From assembly GCA_023391275.1 (NCBI GenBank), contig JAEWBE010000058.1, positions 1,411 to 65,410 of the forward strand: DNA of 64,000 nucleotides. The letters run 5' to 3'. The translations under genes were made by a program, and so were the position numbers. The notes below the pieces were generated by a model. It was not told the origin of the DNA and ran no database searches. It was given only the letters and a program-made list of their open reading frames with translations. The stretch comes from Bacillota bacterium (GTDB taxonomy: Bacteria; Bacillota; Clostridia; Oscillospirales; Acutalibacteraceae). Shown one piece after another: positions 17,855-28,269 of the stretch (position 1 is its first letter; each line of letters begins with the position of its first letter).

Positions 17855-20578
17855 ATGAAAAAGCTTGTCGTCGGAATATTAGCACATGTGGATGCGGGAA
17901 AAACCACCCTGACCGAAGGAATGCTGTACCAAAGCGGATTCCTGAAAAAGCTGGGGCGGGTGGACCACCAGGACTCGTTTTTGGACACCTATGCGCTGGA
18001 GCGGGAACGTGGTATCACTATCTTTTCCAAGCAGGCGGTGCTCCCATTGGAAAAGATGGAGGTCATACTTCTGGATACTCCGGGCCATGTGGACTTTTCC
18101 AGCGAAATGGAGCGGACGCTGCAGGTGCTGGATTACGCCATTCTGGTCATCAGCGGAACCGACGGTGTACAGGGTCATACCCAGACCCTGTGGCGGCTGC
18201 TGGCCCGGTTCGGCATTCCCACCTTTTTGTTTGTGAATAAGATGGACCTTGCCGGAGCCGACCGGGCCGAGCTGTTGACAGAGCTGAGACAGCGATTGAA
18301 TGACGGCTGTGTGGACTTTGGCGAGGCACAGGATTCTTTTTGGGAGAATGTTGCCATGTGTGATGAGGCTCTGCTTTCCCACTATCTGGAGCGGGGCGAG
18401 GTTACGGACAGTGAAATTACCTTGCTGATTGAACAGCGCAAACTTTTTCCCTGCTACTTCGGTTCTGCGCTGAAGCTGGATGGAGTAGATACCTTTTTGC
18501 AGGGCTTGGAGCGGTATACCCGCTGCCCTGACTATCCGTCTGCGTTCGGCGCAAAGGTTTACAAGATTGCCCGGGATCCACAGGGCAACCGGCTGACCTA
18601 TATGAAGGTCACCGGCGGCAGCCTTAAAGTAAAGGAACTGCTGACGGGCCAGGGCACGGGTCTGCCGGACGAGAAGACCACAGAGGAAAAGATCGACCAA
18701 ATCCGCATCTATTCCGGCGCCAGGTATCAAACGGTGGACGAGGCCCCGGCCGGTACCGTATGCGCGGTGACCGGACTGAATCATACCTATTCGGGCGAAG
18801 GGCTGGGGAATGAAGCCGCCTCGGAAAAGCCCGTACTGGAACCTGTACTCACCTATCAGATTCTGCTGCCCGACGGGTGCGATTCCCACAGTGCACTTTT
18901 GAAACTGAACCAGCTGGCGGAAGAAGATCCACAGCTTCGCATTATATTTAACGAACAGTTGCGGGAAATCCATCTCCAGCTGATGGGCGAGGTGCAGTTG
19001 GAGGTTTTAAAGCGCCTTATCTCGGAGCGTTTCGGCATGGATGTGGAATTCGGCGCCGGCAACATCGTATACCGCGAAACCATTGTGTCGCCGGTGGAGG
19101 GCGCAGGCCATTTTGAGCCGCTGCGTCATTATGCGGAGGTTCACCTCCTGCTGGAGCCGGGTGAACGGGGCAGCGGGCTTCAGTTCGATACCGCCTGTGG
19201 GGAGGATATGCTGGACCGAAATTGGCAGCGGCTGATCCTGACTCATCTTAAAGAGCGGACGCATCTCGGCGTGTTAACCGGCTCCCCCATCACAGATATG
19301 AAGATTACACTGGTAGCCGGGAAGGCCCATGTGAAGCACACCGAGGGCGGCGACTTCCGTCAGGCCACTTACCGCGCGGTGCGGCAGGGCCTGATGTGCG
19401 CCGAAAGCATCCTGTTGGAACCCTGGTACGACTTCCGACTGGAAATTCCCGCCGAATATGTGGGGCGCGCCATGTCGGATCTTCTGCGGATGTCTGGGAG
19501 CGTTTCCCAGCCGGAGACCGTTGGGAAGGAAGCCGTTCTGACCGGTTCTGCGCCGGTGGCGGAAATGCGGGACTACGTCATGGAGGTTACCTCCTATACC
19601 CGTGGCCGGGGCAGACTCTTCTGCGTACTGAAGGGATACGAGCCCTGCCATGACCAGGAGAAAGTTATAGCGGCCATCGGCTACGACAGCGAGCGGGACA
19701 CGGAAAATCCGGCGGATTCGGTCTTCTGCTCCCACGGGGCGGGCTTCGTGGTCAAATGGGATCAGGTAAAAAATCACATGCATGTCGACAGCGGTCTAAA
19801 GCCGCGAGAAACGGAAGATGCGCCGGAAAACGTGCCGGCAGCAGCCCCAGCCCAGCGTTCCCCTACCTTTGCCGACTACATGGAACAGGACAAGGAACTG
19901 AAAGCAATCTTTGAACGGACTTATGGCCCCATCAGGCAGAGGAATCCCCCTCGGGAACAGCCGCGGCAGGACACGCCGGAGTCCCAAAAGGAGTACACAA
20001 TCCAGCCCCGGGCCGCCGGCCCTGAGTACCTGCTGGTGGATGGCTATAATATTATTTTCGCCTGGGATGAACTGAAAAAAGTGGCACAGGACAGCCTGGA
20101 CACGGCCCGGAAGCTCCTGATGAACATACTCAGCAACTATCAGGGATTCAAAAAATGCGTTGTGATTTTAGTTTTTGACGCCTATAAAGTCCCTCATAAT
20201 ACCGGAGAGATATTTCGCTACCACAATATCCATGTGGTGTTCACCAAGGAAGCTGAAACAGCGGACGCTTACATAGAAAAAACCACCTATGAAATCGGGA
20301 AAAAACACCGCGTCACGGTGGCCACCTCCGACGGAGCGGAGCAGCTCATCATTCTCAGCCACGGCGCCCTGCGACTTTCCGCCAGAGCTTTTCGTGCGGA
20401 GATGGAACAGGCGGAAAAGCAGATCACAGCAATTCTGGGCGAGAATGATCAAAAGAAAAAGTACCAGCTTTTTAATACCGCACTGGCCAAAGGGCAGGAA
20501 AAACGTCAGAATCAGGAGGAAGAAAACGCCGCAGCCACAGAGTCCGGGCCCGTTGAGGGATATCATGATATAACATAG
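17855..20578 (+). CDS. TetM/EF-G-like translational GTPase fused to a C-terminal YacP/Rae1-type NYN RNase domain
   Basis: AHVDAGKTT, RGITI, DTPGHVDF, NKMD G-motifs and EF-G domains II-V; from about 20024 YLLVDGYN...VFDA...ETADAYIE...VATSD NYN motifs. Confidence 0.9.
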   Translation: MKKLVVGILAHVDAGKTTLTEGMLYQSGFLKKLGRVDHQDSFLDTYALERERGITIFSKQAVLPLEKMEVILLDTPGHVDFSSEMERTLQVLDYAILVISGTDGVQGHTQTLWRLLARFGIPTFLFVNKMDLAGADRAELLTELRQRLNDGCVDFGEAQDSFWENVAMCDEALLSHYLERGEVTDSEITLLIEQRKLFPCYFGSALKLDGVDTFLQGLERYTRCPDYPSAFGAKVYKIARDPQGNRLTYMKVTGGSLKVKELLTGQGTGLPDEKTTEEKIDQIRIYSGARYQTVDEAPAGTVCAVTGLNHTYSGEGLGNEAASEKPVLEPVLTYQILLPDGCDSHSALLKLNQLAEEDPQLRIIFNEQLREIHLQLMGEVQLEVLKRLISERFGMDVEFGAGNIVYRETIVSPVEGAGHFEPLRHYAEVHLLLEPGERGSGLQFDTACGEDMLDRNWQRLILTHLKERTHLGVLTGSPITDMKITLVAGKAHVKHTEGGDFRQATYRAVRQGLMCAESILLEPWYDFRLEIPAEYVGRAMSDLLRMSGSVSQPETVGKEAVLTGSAPVAEMRDYVMEVTSYTRGRGRLFCVLKGYEPCHDQEKVIAAIGYDSERDTENPADSVFCSHGAGFVVKWDQVKNHMHVDSGLKPRETEDAPENVPAAAPAQRSPTFADYMEQDKELKAIFERTYGPIRQRNPPREQPRQDTPESQKEYTIQPRAAGPEYLLVDGYNIIFAWDELKKVAQDSLDTARKLLMNILSNYQGFKKCVVILVFDAYKVPHNTGEIFRYHNIHVVFTKEAETADAYIEKTTYEIGKKHRVTVATSDGAEQLIILSHGALRLSARAFRAEMEQAEKQITAILGENDQKKKYQLFNTALAKGQEKRQNQEEENAAATESGPVEGYHDIT

Positions 20579-20609
20579 GATTACAAAAATCCGAACGATG
20601 TCTGTAACT

Positions 20610-20652
20610 AAAATGCTCAGAAGGGAACTGCAGTTCGCTTCTGAGCATTTTT
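20610..20652. terminator. Bidirectional intrinsic terminator
   Basis: AAAATGCTCAGAAG...CTTCTGAGCATTTTT between convergent genes. Confidence 0.85.
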
Positions 20653-20794
20653 ATGCGTATAAATTAAAAATCATAAAGGGTTCATAAGGCTCTACGAACC
20701 TCAGTTCACATGAATTATGTAAGGTAAAAGGAGCGGTCATCCGCTATTGCCGCTTAATTATCCGGGATGCCGGAAAAGGTACTTTAAACGGCGA

Positions 20795-21502
20795 TTACTC
20801 ATAAATTTCCTGAAAAAATCCCGAGTCAGAAATGGGCTCGTTGCCCTTATACAAATGTGAAGTATCCCCCAACGCCTTACAGCGGAAATATACTTCGCCC
20901 TTCTTCCTTTCCTCTGTAGCTAAAACTGTAACCGACGACGGTGCCACAAAGAAACCCTGCCAAAGGACCGGTGCCGCAATGCCTAAAAGATGAGACAATA
21001 TTGCTAATTCCACAGCCAAATGGCAGAAAATTACAATGCTGTGTGTATTCCCACCCTCGGTATGATAAAACATGCCATCGCGCCGATAGCCATATTGATC
21101 TAAGAGACCGTCAATTCCTTCCGTAACATGTTTATAAATTTTCTCTGTATTGCCGCTCGCCATTACGGGATCCAGGTACCATTTATCTTTATCATATAGA
21201 TCGGTTCGATTGGTCCAATAACCCGGCATTAAATCCCAGCAAATACTTCTTTCTCCGCTTTCCGGGTCCAGAATACGCGCCGGGAACTCCTGGAGCCACT
21301 CAAAAACGGTTGCGTTTTTGTGAAGCCGATTTAATGTCACGCTTGCCGTGTCTTTTGCGCGCCCCAACGGTGAGCAATAAAAATCGCGCACATCCAATTC
21401 AGTTAACCGATCTGCCAATAACTCTGCTTCTTTCCATCCCTTTAGCGTAAGGGAGTCATGTTCATAATCAGGATCTCCGTGACGTACGAATAATATTTTC
21501 AC
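20795..21502 (-). CDS. Histidine phosphatase family protein
   Basis: RHG motif at N-terminus, CSPLGRAKDTA, FCH. Confidence 0.9.
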   Translation of the reverse strand: MKILFVRHGDPDYEHDSLTLKGWKEAELLADRLTELDVRDFYCSPLGRAKDTASVTLNRLHKNATVFEWLQEFPARILDPESGERSICWDLMPGYWTNRTDLYDKDKWYLDPVMASGNTEKIYKHVTEGIDGLLDQYGYRRDGMFYHTEGGNTHSIVIFCHLAVELAILSHLLGIAAPVLWQGFFVAPSSVTVLATEERKKGEVYFRCKALGDTSHLYKGNEPISDSGFFQEIYE

Positions 21503-21519
21503 TGTGTATTTTCAACTCC

Positions 21520-22020
21520 TTATTTTGCTTTTGAAGCCAACTTGATTCTTTTATACTCCAAACAGGTTAATGCGATCATGACAGCATCGAAGATAGAAAG
21601 CAGTATCAGAAATACAGACTGAGTTAATGTATAGCGGTATATCTGATAAGCAATAAACAAAATCAAGGAGACGACGGTGAGCGGATATGCCCACAGCTTC
21701 TTTCGCCATAACAAAAAAACCAGGATGCATTTTATAATCCCGTGCGACATTAAATAAAACTCAGCAAAATGCTGTGTGCTGAGTGAAAAACTGCTGCTTG
21801 AATTTAAAAGAAAATTGGCGACCAAATCCCTTGGATCTTCCGAAAGCTCATGCTTCGTTAAGAAGCGTGCCAGTGCATTCAGCTGATTCGGTGTAAGAAA
21901 GAACATCAGTGCGCCGCCAATGACCTCCATCAGGCCGTGTATACCCTTCAGAAGCAGTCCGATTTCAAAACTCACATGAACTATATCTTTTTGCTTGTGT
22001 ACATCATCTTCCATAAACAA
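21520..22020 (-). CDS. DUF2127-like membrane protein
   Basis: Four hydrophobic segments; KGIHGLMEVIGG and LWAYP pattern. Confidence 0.7.
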   Translation of the reverse strand: MFMEDDVHKQKDIVHVSFEIGLLLKGIHGLMEVIGGALMFFLTPNQLNALARFLTKHELSEDPRDLVANFLLNSSSSFSLSTQHFAEFYLMSHGIIKCILVFLLWRKKLWAYPLTVVSLILFIAYQIYRYTLTQSVFLILLSIFDAVMIALTCLEYKRIKLASKAK

Positions 22021-22195
22021 TCTTCCTATCGTTATAAATAATAAATTTAATCTTATCTTAAGCGTTCTTTATTGCCTTACGGAAAAACCTCCCGTAAAAT
22101 TATCCTTATCTGATTTAACAAAAATTATAAGGGTAAAAAGGAGAAGGCTGCTTAAACTTCGTATTGTGCTCATGATCTTACCGATTAACTGGAAT

Positions 22196-22561
22196 TCAAC
22201 CTCTTTCACTAATTTCATCTGTTATCAATGATTTCGAAATATACATCGCTTTTATCATGTTCTCGAAGCGGGTGTGATAAGGGGTACCCTGTGCAAATTT
22301 CAGCTGTGCTTTTTCGCACTTGCTGATAATTGAAGATACGGGTCGCAGTGCTTCTATCAATTCTTCTTTTGTATATGCGTCCATAACATTTTCATCTGTT
22401 ATCAGTGATTTTGAGATATACAATGCTTTTATCCTGTTCTTAAGGAGTGTGTGCTGAGAGGTACCCTCCGCAAATTTTGGCTGCGCTTTTTCACATCTTC
22501 TGATAACTGAAGAAACAATTTGCAGAGCTTGTTCTAATTCTTCTTCTGTATATTTGTCCAT
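22196..22561 (-). CDS. Hypothetical protein made of two approximately 59-aa tandem repeats
   Basis: MDxYTxEELxxAL...CEKAQxKFAxGT...IKAxYISKSLITDE occurs twice; GAGGTG RBS. Confidence 0.8.
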   Translation of the reverse strand: MDKYTEEELEQALQIVSSVIRRCEKAQPKFAEGTSQHTLLKNRIKALYISKSLITDENVMDAYTKEELIEALRPVSSIISKCEKAQLKFAQGTPYHTRFENMIKAMYISKSLITDEISERG

Positions 22562-22695
22562 AGTATTTCACCTCTTCAACAACTTTTTCCGTATTTTTAC
22601 GTGTTCCATAAAATTGGTTTGCATTCGGTCAATCGGGTATAAATATTAACAGTTCAGTGCGAAAAGCATGATTTTCGACAGACTGCCGGGAAACT

Positions 22696-23178
22696 TTAAT
22701 TTGTTTTACCTTGCAATTTATTACAAATATTATTTACACTGTCGGCATCGGCGTTTGTTACAGCAAAAGTCCCGTCGGTAATCGGTGCGTAAACACTTAA
22801 GTTAACAATCATTTCATTTCCGACCCAAAGAGAAACGCTGCCTGCCGACTGGGACAATTTAGTCGTTTCTTCCGCTAAAGACTTTTTGCCGGTATCGGTT
22901 AATTGAAATACAATCTGATAAGAATTTTGGGACTTAAATTTCTTTGTATAGAAACCGACAATATCGTCACTTGAAATTACCACACTGCCTTTACTCGTCG
23001 TTCCTTCTCTTAAATAAACATTTTCAGCTGCTTTATTTAATGTAACAGAATTTGAACTGACACTGATATTTTTATTGCCGGCAAAACTTGAACTTTGATT
23101 TTGATCAGCCGCATTTGAGCATGAAGCCATAACAAATAATAAAACACCGGTCATCATTAACATAAATAATTTTTTCAC
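22696..23178 (-). CDS. Putative lipoprotein with SecDF P1-head-like domain
   Basis: Lipobox MASC; IVFQLTDTGKKSLAEET and PITDG resemble the SecD periplasmic head. Confidence 0.55.
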   Translation of the reverse strand: MKKLFMLMMTGVLLFVMASCSNAADQNQSSSFAGNKNISVSSNSVTLNKAAENVYLREGTTSKGSVVISSDDIVGFYTKKFKSQNSYQIVFQLTDTGKKSLAEETTKLSQSAGSVSLWVGNEMIVNLSVYAPITDGTFAVTNADADSVNNICNKLQGKTN

Positions 23179-23316
23179 TTGATTCTTCCCCCTCCAGACA
23201 GTAATGAAAAAAACCAAATCTGCTTTTTTACAACACTTTTACGACATGAATTTAAAAATTAATGTGTGCCTGCATAAAGGGCAAATGACCTCTCGAATAT
23301 AAATTCCCGCAAAATA

Positions 23317-23892
23317 TTATTGAATGATTTTGATCCCCACTATGATCATCTGCTCGGTTAAATTTGCCATATACTCCGGAGTTTCCATCAGACCGTTTTC
23401 CAGCCAATTCTGTAAAAGCCCAATACAGCCGGAAACAATAAAAGAATAATAATATTCAAAATTCTCGGATTTACTTGTATTAAATATTTCCATCCAGTCG
23501 TTTAAGCAGCGCTCTTTGACCAATTCCTTCAAACGGTTCACAAACGAGATATCACCGTTCTTGCTCAATAAGACTCTGCACATATCGGAGTTCTCTTTTA
23601 CAAAACGAAAAACATCAATAAGCATCGGAAGCGGTTTTCCGTTTAAAGACTTTGCCGGATGCCGGTCCAGAACATTGTGAAAATCCTCAAACATTTCATT
23701 CTGAATCTGTTCTATCATATCAAATACATCTTTATAATGCAAATAAAACGTTCCCCGATTTATATCCACTAAATCGGATAATTCCCTGACAGTGATATCT
23801 TTTGCACTCTTTTCATTCAGCAGCTCCGTCAAACCTTTGCAAAGCTGCTTTCTTGTTTTACGCACGCGGCGGTCTGCTTTATCGTTCTCCAT
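23317..23892 (-). CDS. TetR/AcrR-family regulator
   Basis: DRRVRKT, ITVRELSDLVDINRGTFYLHY; divergent from the exporter operon. Confidence 0.93.
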   Translation of the reverse strand: MENDKADRRVRKTRKQLCKGLTELLNEKSAKDITVRELSDLVDINRGTFYLHYKDVFDMIEQIQNEMFEDFHNVLDRHPAKSLNGKPLPMLIDVFRFVKENSDMCRVLLSKNGDISFVNRLKELVKERCLNDWMEIFNTSKSENFEYYYSFIVSGCIGLLQNWLENGLMETPEYMANLTEQMIIVGIKIIQ

Positions 23893-24074
23893 ATTTTTTC
23901 TCCTTAATGAACACTTTAATCCACAAATGTTTATTATTGAACATTATACTTAATAATTGATTATTGTCGTTTTGTGTATTTCTCATTATAATAGACTTGT
24001 GTTGATTAATCAATCGTTTTTTATAAATCCCATTAAAAATAAATAAAAGATTTATTTTAAGGTCGTGAAACACA

Positions 24075-24776
24075 ATGAGTTTTATTGAGTTTATGAATGT
24101 TGAACGTGAGTATACTGTCGGGAGCAGTATTATTAAAGCGGTCAACGGTGTTTCCTTTCGCATTGAGGAAGGTACTTTCAATGTTGTTCTGGGCCAAAGC
24201 GGCGCGGGAAAGACCACTGTGCTGAATATGCTGGGCGGGATGGACACACCGACACGCGGAACGATTCTTGTTGACGGAGAAGATGTTTCCAAAATGGATG
24301 AAAAAAGATTGACTGTATATCGCAGAAATAAAATCGGATTTGTCTTTCAGTTCTACAACTTGGTCCCCAACCTGACAGCGCTGGAAAATGTACAGCTTGC
24401 CAAAGAGATTTGCAAAAATCCTTTGGATTCAAAAGAAATGCTGGAACGGGTGGGACTGGCGGAAAGAATGAATAATTTTCCAAGTCAGATGTCCGGCGGA
24501 GAGCAGCAAAGGGTTTCGATCGCCCGCGCCTTGGCGAAAAATCCTCAAATTGTACTTTGCGATGAACCGACGGGCGCTTTAGATTCCGGCACGGGGCGAA
24601 AGGTTTTGAAGCTGATCAGGGATGTTGCACAGGATATGGGGAAAACCGTAATCGTGGTCACTCACAATGCCCCAATAGCAGAGATGGCACAGACGGTGAT
24701 CCATATGCGAGACGGACAAATTTATGAAACGAAGCACAATGAAAAACCACGGGATGTGGAGGAGATCGTATGGTAA
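24075..24776 (+). CDS. ABC transporter ATP-binding protein (LolD/MacB-like)
   Basis: GQSGAGKT, MSGGEQQR, CDEPTGALD. Confidence 0.93.
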   Translation: MSFIEFMNVEREYTVGSSIIKAVNGVSFRIEEGTFNVVLGQSGAGKTTVLNMLGGMDTPTRGTILVDGEDVSKMDEKRLTVYRRNKIGFVFQFYNLVPNLTALENVQLAKEICKNPLDSKEMLERVGLAERMNNFPSQMSGGEQQRVSIARALAKNPQIVLCDEPTGALDSGTGRKVLKLIRDVAQDMGKTVIVVTHNAPIAEMAQTVIHMRDGQIYETKHNEKPRDVEEIVW

Positions 24777-27085
24777 AGGGAGCACTTTTCAAAAAATCCA
24801 TTCAGGATATGAAAAAATCTCTTCCGCAATTTGTGTCTATTCTTATTATGGCGACTGTGGCAATCAGTATCGTTGTCGGTTTGGACAGCATCTGGAAGAC
24901 CATGGAGACACAATCTGGAATTTTGTACAGCGGCACAAACCTTTCAGATCTTTGGGTGACCGTGGCAAATCCGTCTGAAACCCGGATGTGGAAAGTCCGG
25001 GAAATCGACGGCGTGGAAAAAGCAGAAAAGCGATTTACAGTAAATTCAACCGCTCAAATCAGCGGTGAGCCAACCCTTAAGGTTTACGCCATGCCGTCAG
25101 AGAATACACTGGATGTACCTTACATTGAATCCGGAAAAAAGCTCAGCAAACAGGGCGCGGTTATTGACGAACGGTTTGCAAAAGCAAATCATCTTTCCGT
25201 AGGAGACAGCCTTACGATTGAGGTGAATGATAAAAAAATAAACTTTACCATTGAGGCGCTGGCCCTCAGCGGTGAAAATATTTTTTCTCTCAAGGATACA
25301 AGCACAATGGTGCCAAATCCAAAGAATTATGGCTTTATTGTCGTGGATGAAGACAGGATAGCCAGCGCGTACGGCGGATTAAAGCCATACAATCAAATTG
25401 TGATTCGGTTAAACGGTGCAGCGGACAGTAAAGCGGTTCAAATAAAAATGGATCATATTTTCGGCGATGACCTGGTTGGAGTGGTTACGAGAACCGACAA
25501 TCGCAGTATAAACAATGTTGACAGCAAAATATATCTGTTCAAAACCTTATCCGCGGTGTTTCCATTTATGTTCTTTCTGGTTACCGCGCTGATCACGCTC
25601 AGTACGATGACAAGAATCGTAGAAGATCAGAGAAATCAAATCGGTGTATTAAAGGCCCTGGGTTACAGCAAAAGAAGTATTATGTGGCACTACACATCCT
25701 ATGGCGTTTACACAGGCGCTTTGGGCTCCATTTTCGGAATTCTGATTGGCCCCAATGTGATTGGCAGGATTCTTATCAATAAATTGGAATTTTTATATAC
25801 CTTTCCGAGCTATCAGTTAAGTCTGAATATTCAAAATATAATCTTAAGTTCGGCCTTAATTATCCTTTGTACAGGAGGAATTTCCTGCTATTCCTGTTTG
25901 AAATTGCTGGGAGATATGCCGGCAATTTTACTTAGAGATAAGCCGCCCAAAAAGGGAAGTCATATCTTTTTGGAGCGCCTTCCCGTACTTTGGAACAAGA
26001 TGAAATTCAGTCAAAAACTGATTGCACGCAACACGCTAAAAAACAAGGGCAGAATGATCATGAGTATATTGGGAGTCATGGGATGCACGGGCCTTATTAT
26101 CGGAGCCTTTACTTTAAACGACATGGTGACCGGCATTGCGAAAACAACTTATGAAAAGGTCTATACATATGATCAAAAAGTAATGCTGGATGCCCGTACG
26201 ACAGACCGGGATATTAAAAATCTGAACTTGGACGGAGTAGCACAGGATATTGAAGAAAGCATAATGCAGTTCACTTCTTCAAGCGGTGTGAGGAGAATGG
26301 CAACCGTTACGGTATTTTCCCCCGACAGTCCCCTGGTCCATTTACAGGATGAAAGCGGAAACGGTCTCAGCCTTCCGGGGGAGGGAATTGCGATGACAAG
26401 AAAATTGGCGGACATCATGAAAGTAAAAGCAGGCGATACAATCAACCTCAAGCGAAGCGATGACAGTTATGCGGCTGTAAAGGTGAGTGAAATTGTGTAC
26501 ATGGTTTCCGGGCAGGGAATTTACATGTCAAGAAAGTATTGGGAAGACATCGATGAAAACTTTAAACCTACCGCATTGCTGATAAAGTGGAATAAAACAG
26601 ACGCCGCTTTTTTAAACAGCGATTATGTAAGCAGCTATGTGGACCGGGTAAAGCAAAAATCGGATTTCGAGGGAAATATTACGGTGGTTTACATAGCGGC
26701 ACTGATGTTGATTATATGCGGCAGTATCCTCGCCTTTGTCGTTCTGTACAACATGGGTATTCTGAACTTCTTTGAACGCGTTCGCGACCTTGCCACATTG
26801 GAAGTCTTAGGTTTTCATACCGGAGAAATACGGCCCCTCGTGTTAATGGAGAATATTATTTCAGCAGTGGTCGGGATTATTTTAGGGATACCTATCGGAA
26901 AAATAATCACGCAGATAATTGTAACCGGCTTTGGTGAAGATATGGATCTGATTGGACGGATCACATTCGACAAAGTGATGATTGGTGCGATTCTCACATT
27001 GATTTTCGCCGCTGTCGTAAATTACATCGTATCCAGAAAAATTAAAACGATTGATATGCTGCAGGCATTAAAAAGTGTTGAGTAA
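24770..27085 (+). CDS. FtsX/MacB-like ABC permease (duplicated FtsX domains)
   Basis: QIGVLKALGYS and RDLATLEVLGF motifs with two transmembrane clusters. Confidence 0.9.
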   Translation: MVKGALFKKSIQDMKKSLPQFVSILIMATVAISIVVGLDSIWKTMETQSGILYSGTNLSDLWVTVANPSETRMWKVREIDGVEKAEKRFTVNSTAQISGEPTLKVYAMPSENTLDVPYIESGKKLSKQGAVIDERFAKANHLSVGDSLTIEVNDKKINFTIEALALSGENIFSLKDTSTMVPNPKNYGFIVVDEDRIASAYGGLKPYNQIVIRLNGAADSKAVQIKMDHIFGDDLVGVVTRTDNRSINNVDSKIYLFKTLSAVFPFMFFLVTALITLSTMTRIVEDQRNQIGVLKALGYSKRSIMWHYTSYGVYTGALGSIFGILIGPNVIGRILINKLEFLYTFPSYQLSLNIQNIILSSALIILCTGGISCYSCLKLLGDMPAILLRDKPPKKGSHIFLERLPVLWNKMKFSQKLIARNTLKNKGRMIMSILGVMGCTGLIIGAFTLNDMVTGIAKTTYEKVYTYDQKVMLDARTTDRDIKNLNLDGVAQDIEESIMQFTSSSGVRRMATVTVFSPDSPLVHLQDESGNGLSLPGEGIAMTRKLADIMKVKAGDTINLKRSDDSYAAVKVSEIVYMVSGQGIYMSRKYWEDIDENFKPTALLIKWNKTDAAFLNSDYVSSYVDRVKQKSDFEGNITVVYIAALMLIICGSILAFVVLYNMGILNFFERVRDLATLEVLGFHTGEIRPLVLMENIISAVVGIILGIPIGKIITQIIVTGFGEDMDLIGRITFDKVMIGAILTLIFAAVVNYIVSRKIKTIDMLQALKSVE

Positions 27086-27102
27086 CGGTAGGAGGATTAC
27101 AT

Positions 27103-28242
27103 ATGAAATATAAAAAATACCTTTCCGAGCTAACGGCCGCCGCTTTCATACTGGCCCTAGTCACAGGCTGCACAGGCAATGGAAGCCAACCCCAAACAAA
27201 AGAAGACGCCGCTGAGGCTTCCTTACAGACGAATGATATTGTTGTGTGGGGGGAAGTAAAATACAACGAAGAATATCAGATCAACATTGACTTTCCGGCC
27301 AAAATTGAGAACATTAATGTCAGGGAGGGCGATATTGTCAAAAAGGGCAGTACCTTAATCACACTTTCCACGGATGATTATCAGGCAAACATTAAAAAGC
27401 TGCAGGCTCAGGCTGATTCCGGCAAAGCCAGTTTGGACAATGTAGATCAGGCGGCGATGGAAGCGGATATTGCAACCCTGAAAAAACAGATCGCATACAA
27501 AACAGCGGAATTGCAGAGCGGAAGCAAACCGGAGTTGCAGCTTCTGCAGGCTTCTCTGACCAGATCAGAGAAAGAACTGAAGGACGCGCAGGATGATGTA
27601 AACAAATATCAGAGATTATTTAACGACGGAGTCATCTCCCAAGCCGATCTTGATAAATACAAGGATGTTTTAAATCTGAAACAAAAAGCAAAATCCGATG
27701 TGATTGATAATATTTCCAAAACAAAGCGTACCTTGCAGGAGGAACTGGACGGATTGAATTCTTCCTTAAAATACAAGGAGGTACAGCTCAATCAGCAGAA
27801 AAATACGGCTGATTCTGCCCAGATTGACTTGGACGTAATGAGTAACAAGATGAAAAAGCCCTATCTTTCCGGCAATAACATCATATCAAATTTAGAATAC
27901 GGCATCGTGAAAGAAATAGATTCCGTGAAAGGAGCCACCGTGGGCGCACAGTATGCCGCTCAAAAAGTAATCGACTTAATCGATGGTGACAGCATTTATG
28001 TCAGCGCGGAAGTTCCGGAGGAATTTATCTGGCAGATTTCACAGGACAGCAAGGTAGTTATTATTCCCACCGCAAATAAAGATTTGAAAATAGAAGGGCA
28101 TATCATTCGAATTGCAAACGAGGCAGTTGAAAAAGACGGAGACCGCATTATAAAAGTACAGGTAAAACCGGACGATAAAGACAATATTTTAAAACCGGGA
28201 TTCACGGCAGATGTACAGATCCGCAAGACTGTGAAAAAATGA
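27103..28242 (+). CDS. HlyD/membrane-fusion adaptor lipoprotein
   Basis: Lipobox VTGC, lipoyl half-motif VREGDIVKKG, long coiled coil, LKPGFTADV. Confidence 0.85.
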   Translation: MKYKKYLSELTAAAFILALVTGCTGNGSQPQTKEDAAEASLQTNDIVVWGEVKYNEEYQINIDFPAKIENINVREGDIVKKGSTLITLSTDDYQANIKKLQAQADSGKASLDNVDQAAMEADIATLKKQIAYKTAELQSGSKPELQLLQASLTRSEKELKDAQDDVNKYQRLFNDGVISQADLDKYKDVLNLKQKAKSDVIDNISKTKRTLQEELDGLNSSLKYKEVQLNQQKNTADSAQIDLDVMSNKMKKPYLSGNNIISNLEYGIVKEIDSVKGATVGAQYAAQKVIDLIDGDSIYVSAEVPEEFIWQISQDSKVVIIPTANKDLKIEGHIIRIANEAVEKDGDRIIKVQVKPDDKDNILKPGFTADVQIRKTVKK

Positions 28243-28269
28243 ATTTTTATTACGATAAGGAGGATATCC

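Noticed and set aside
17879..18973. 364-aa minus-strand ORF
   Set aside because: Antisense shadow of the GC-rich GTPase gene
17855..20578. Calling the GTPase a tet(M)/tet(O) resistance gene
   Set aside because: Lacks the YSPVST domain-IV loop and carries an extra NYN domain
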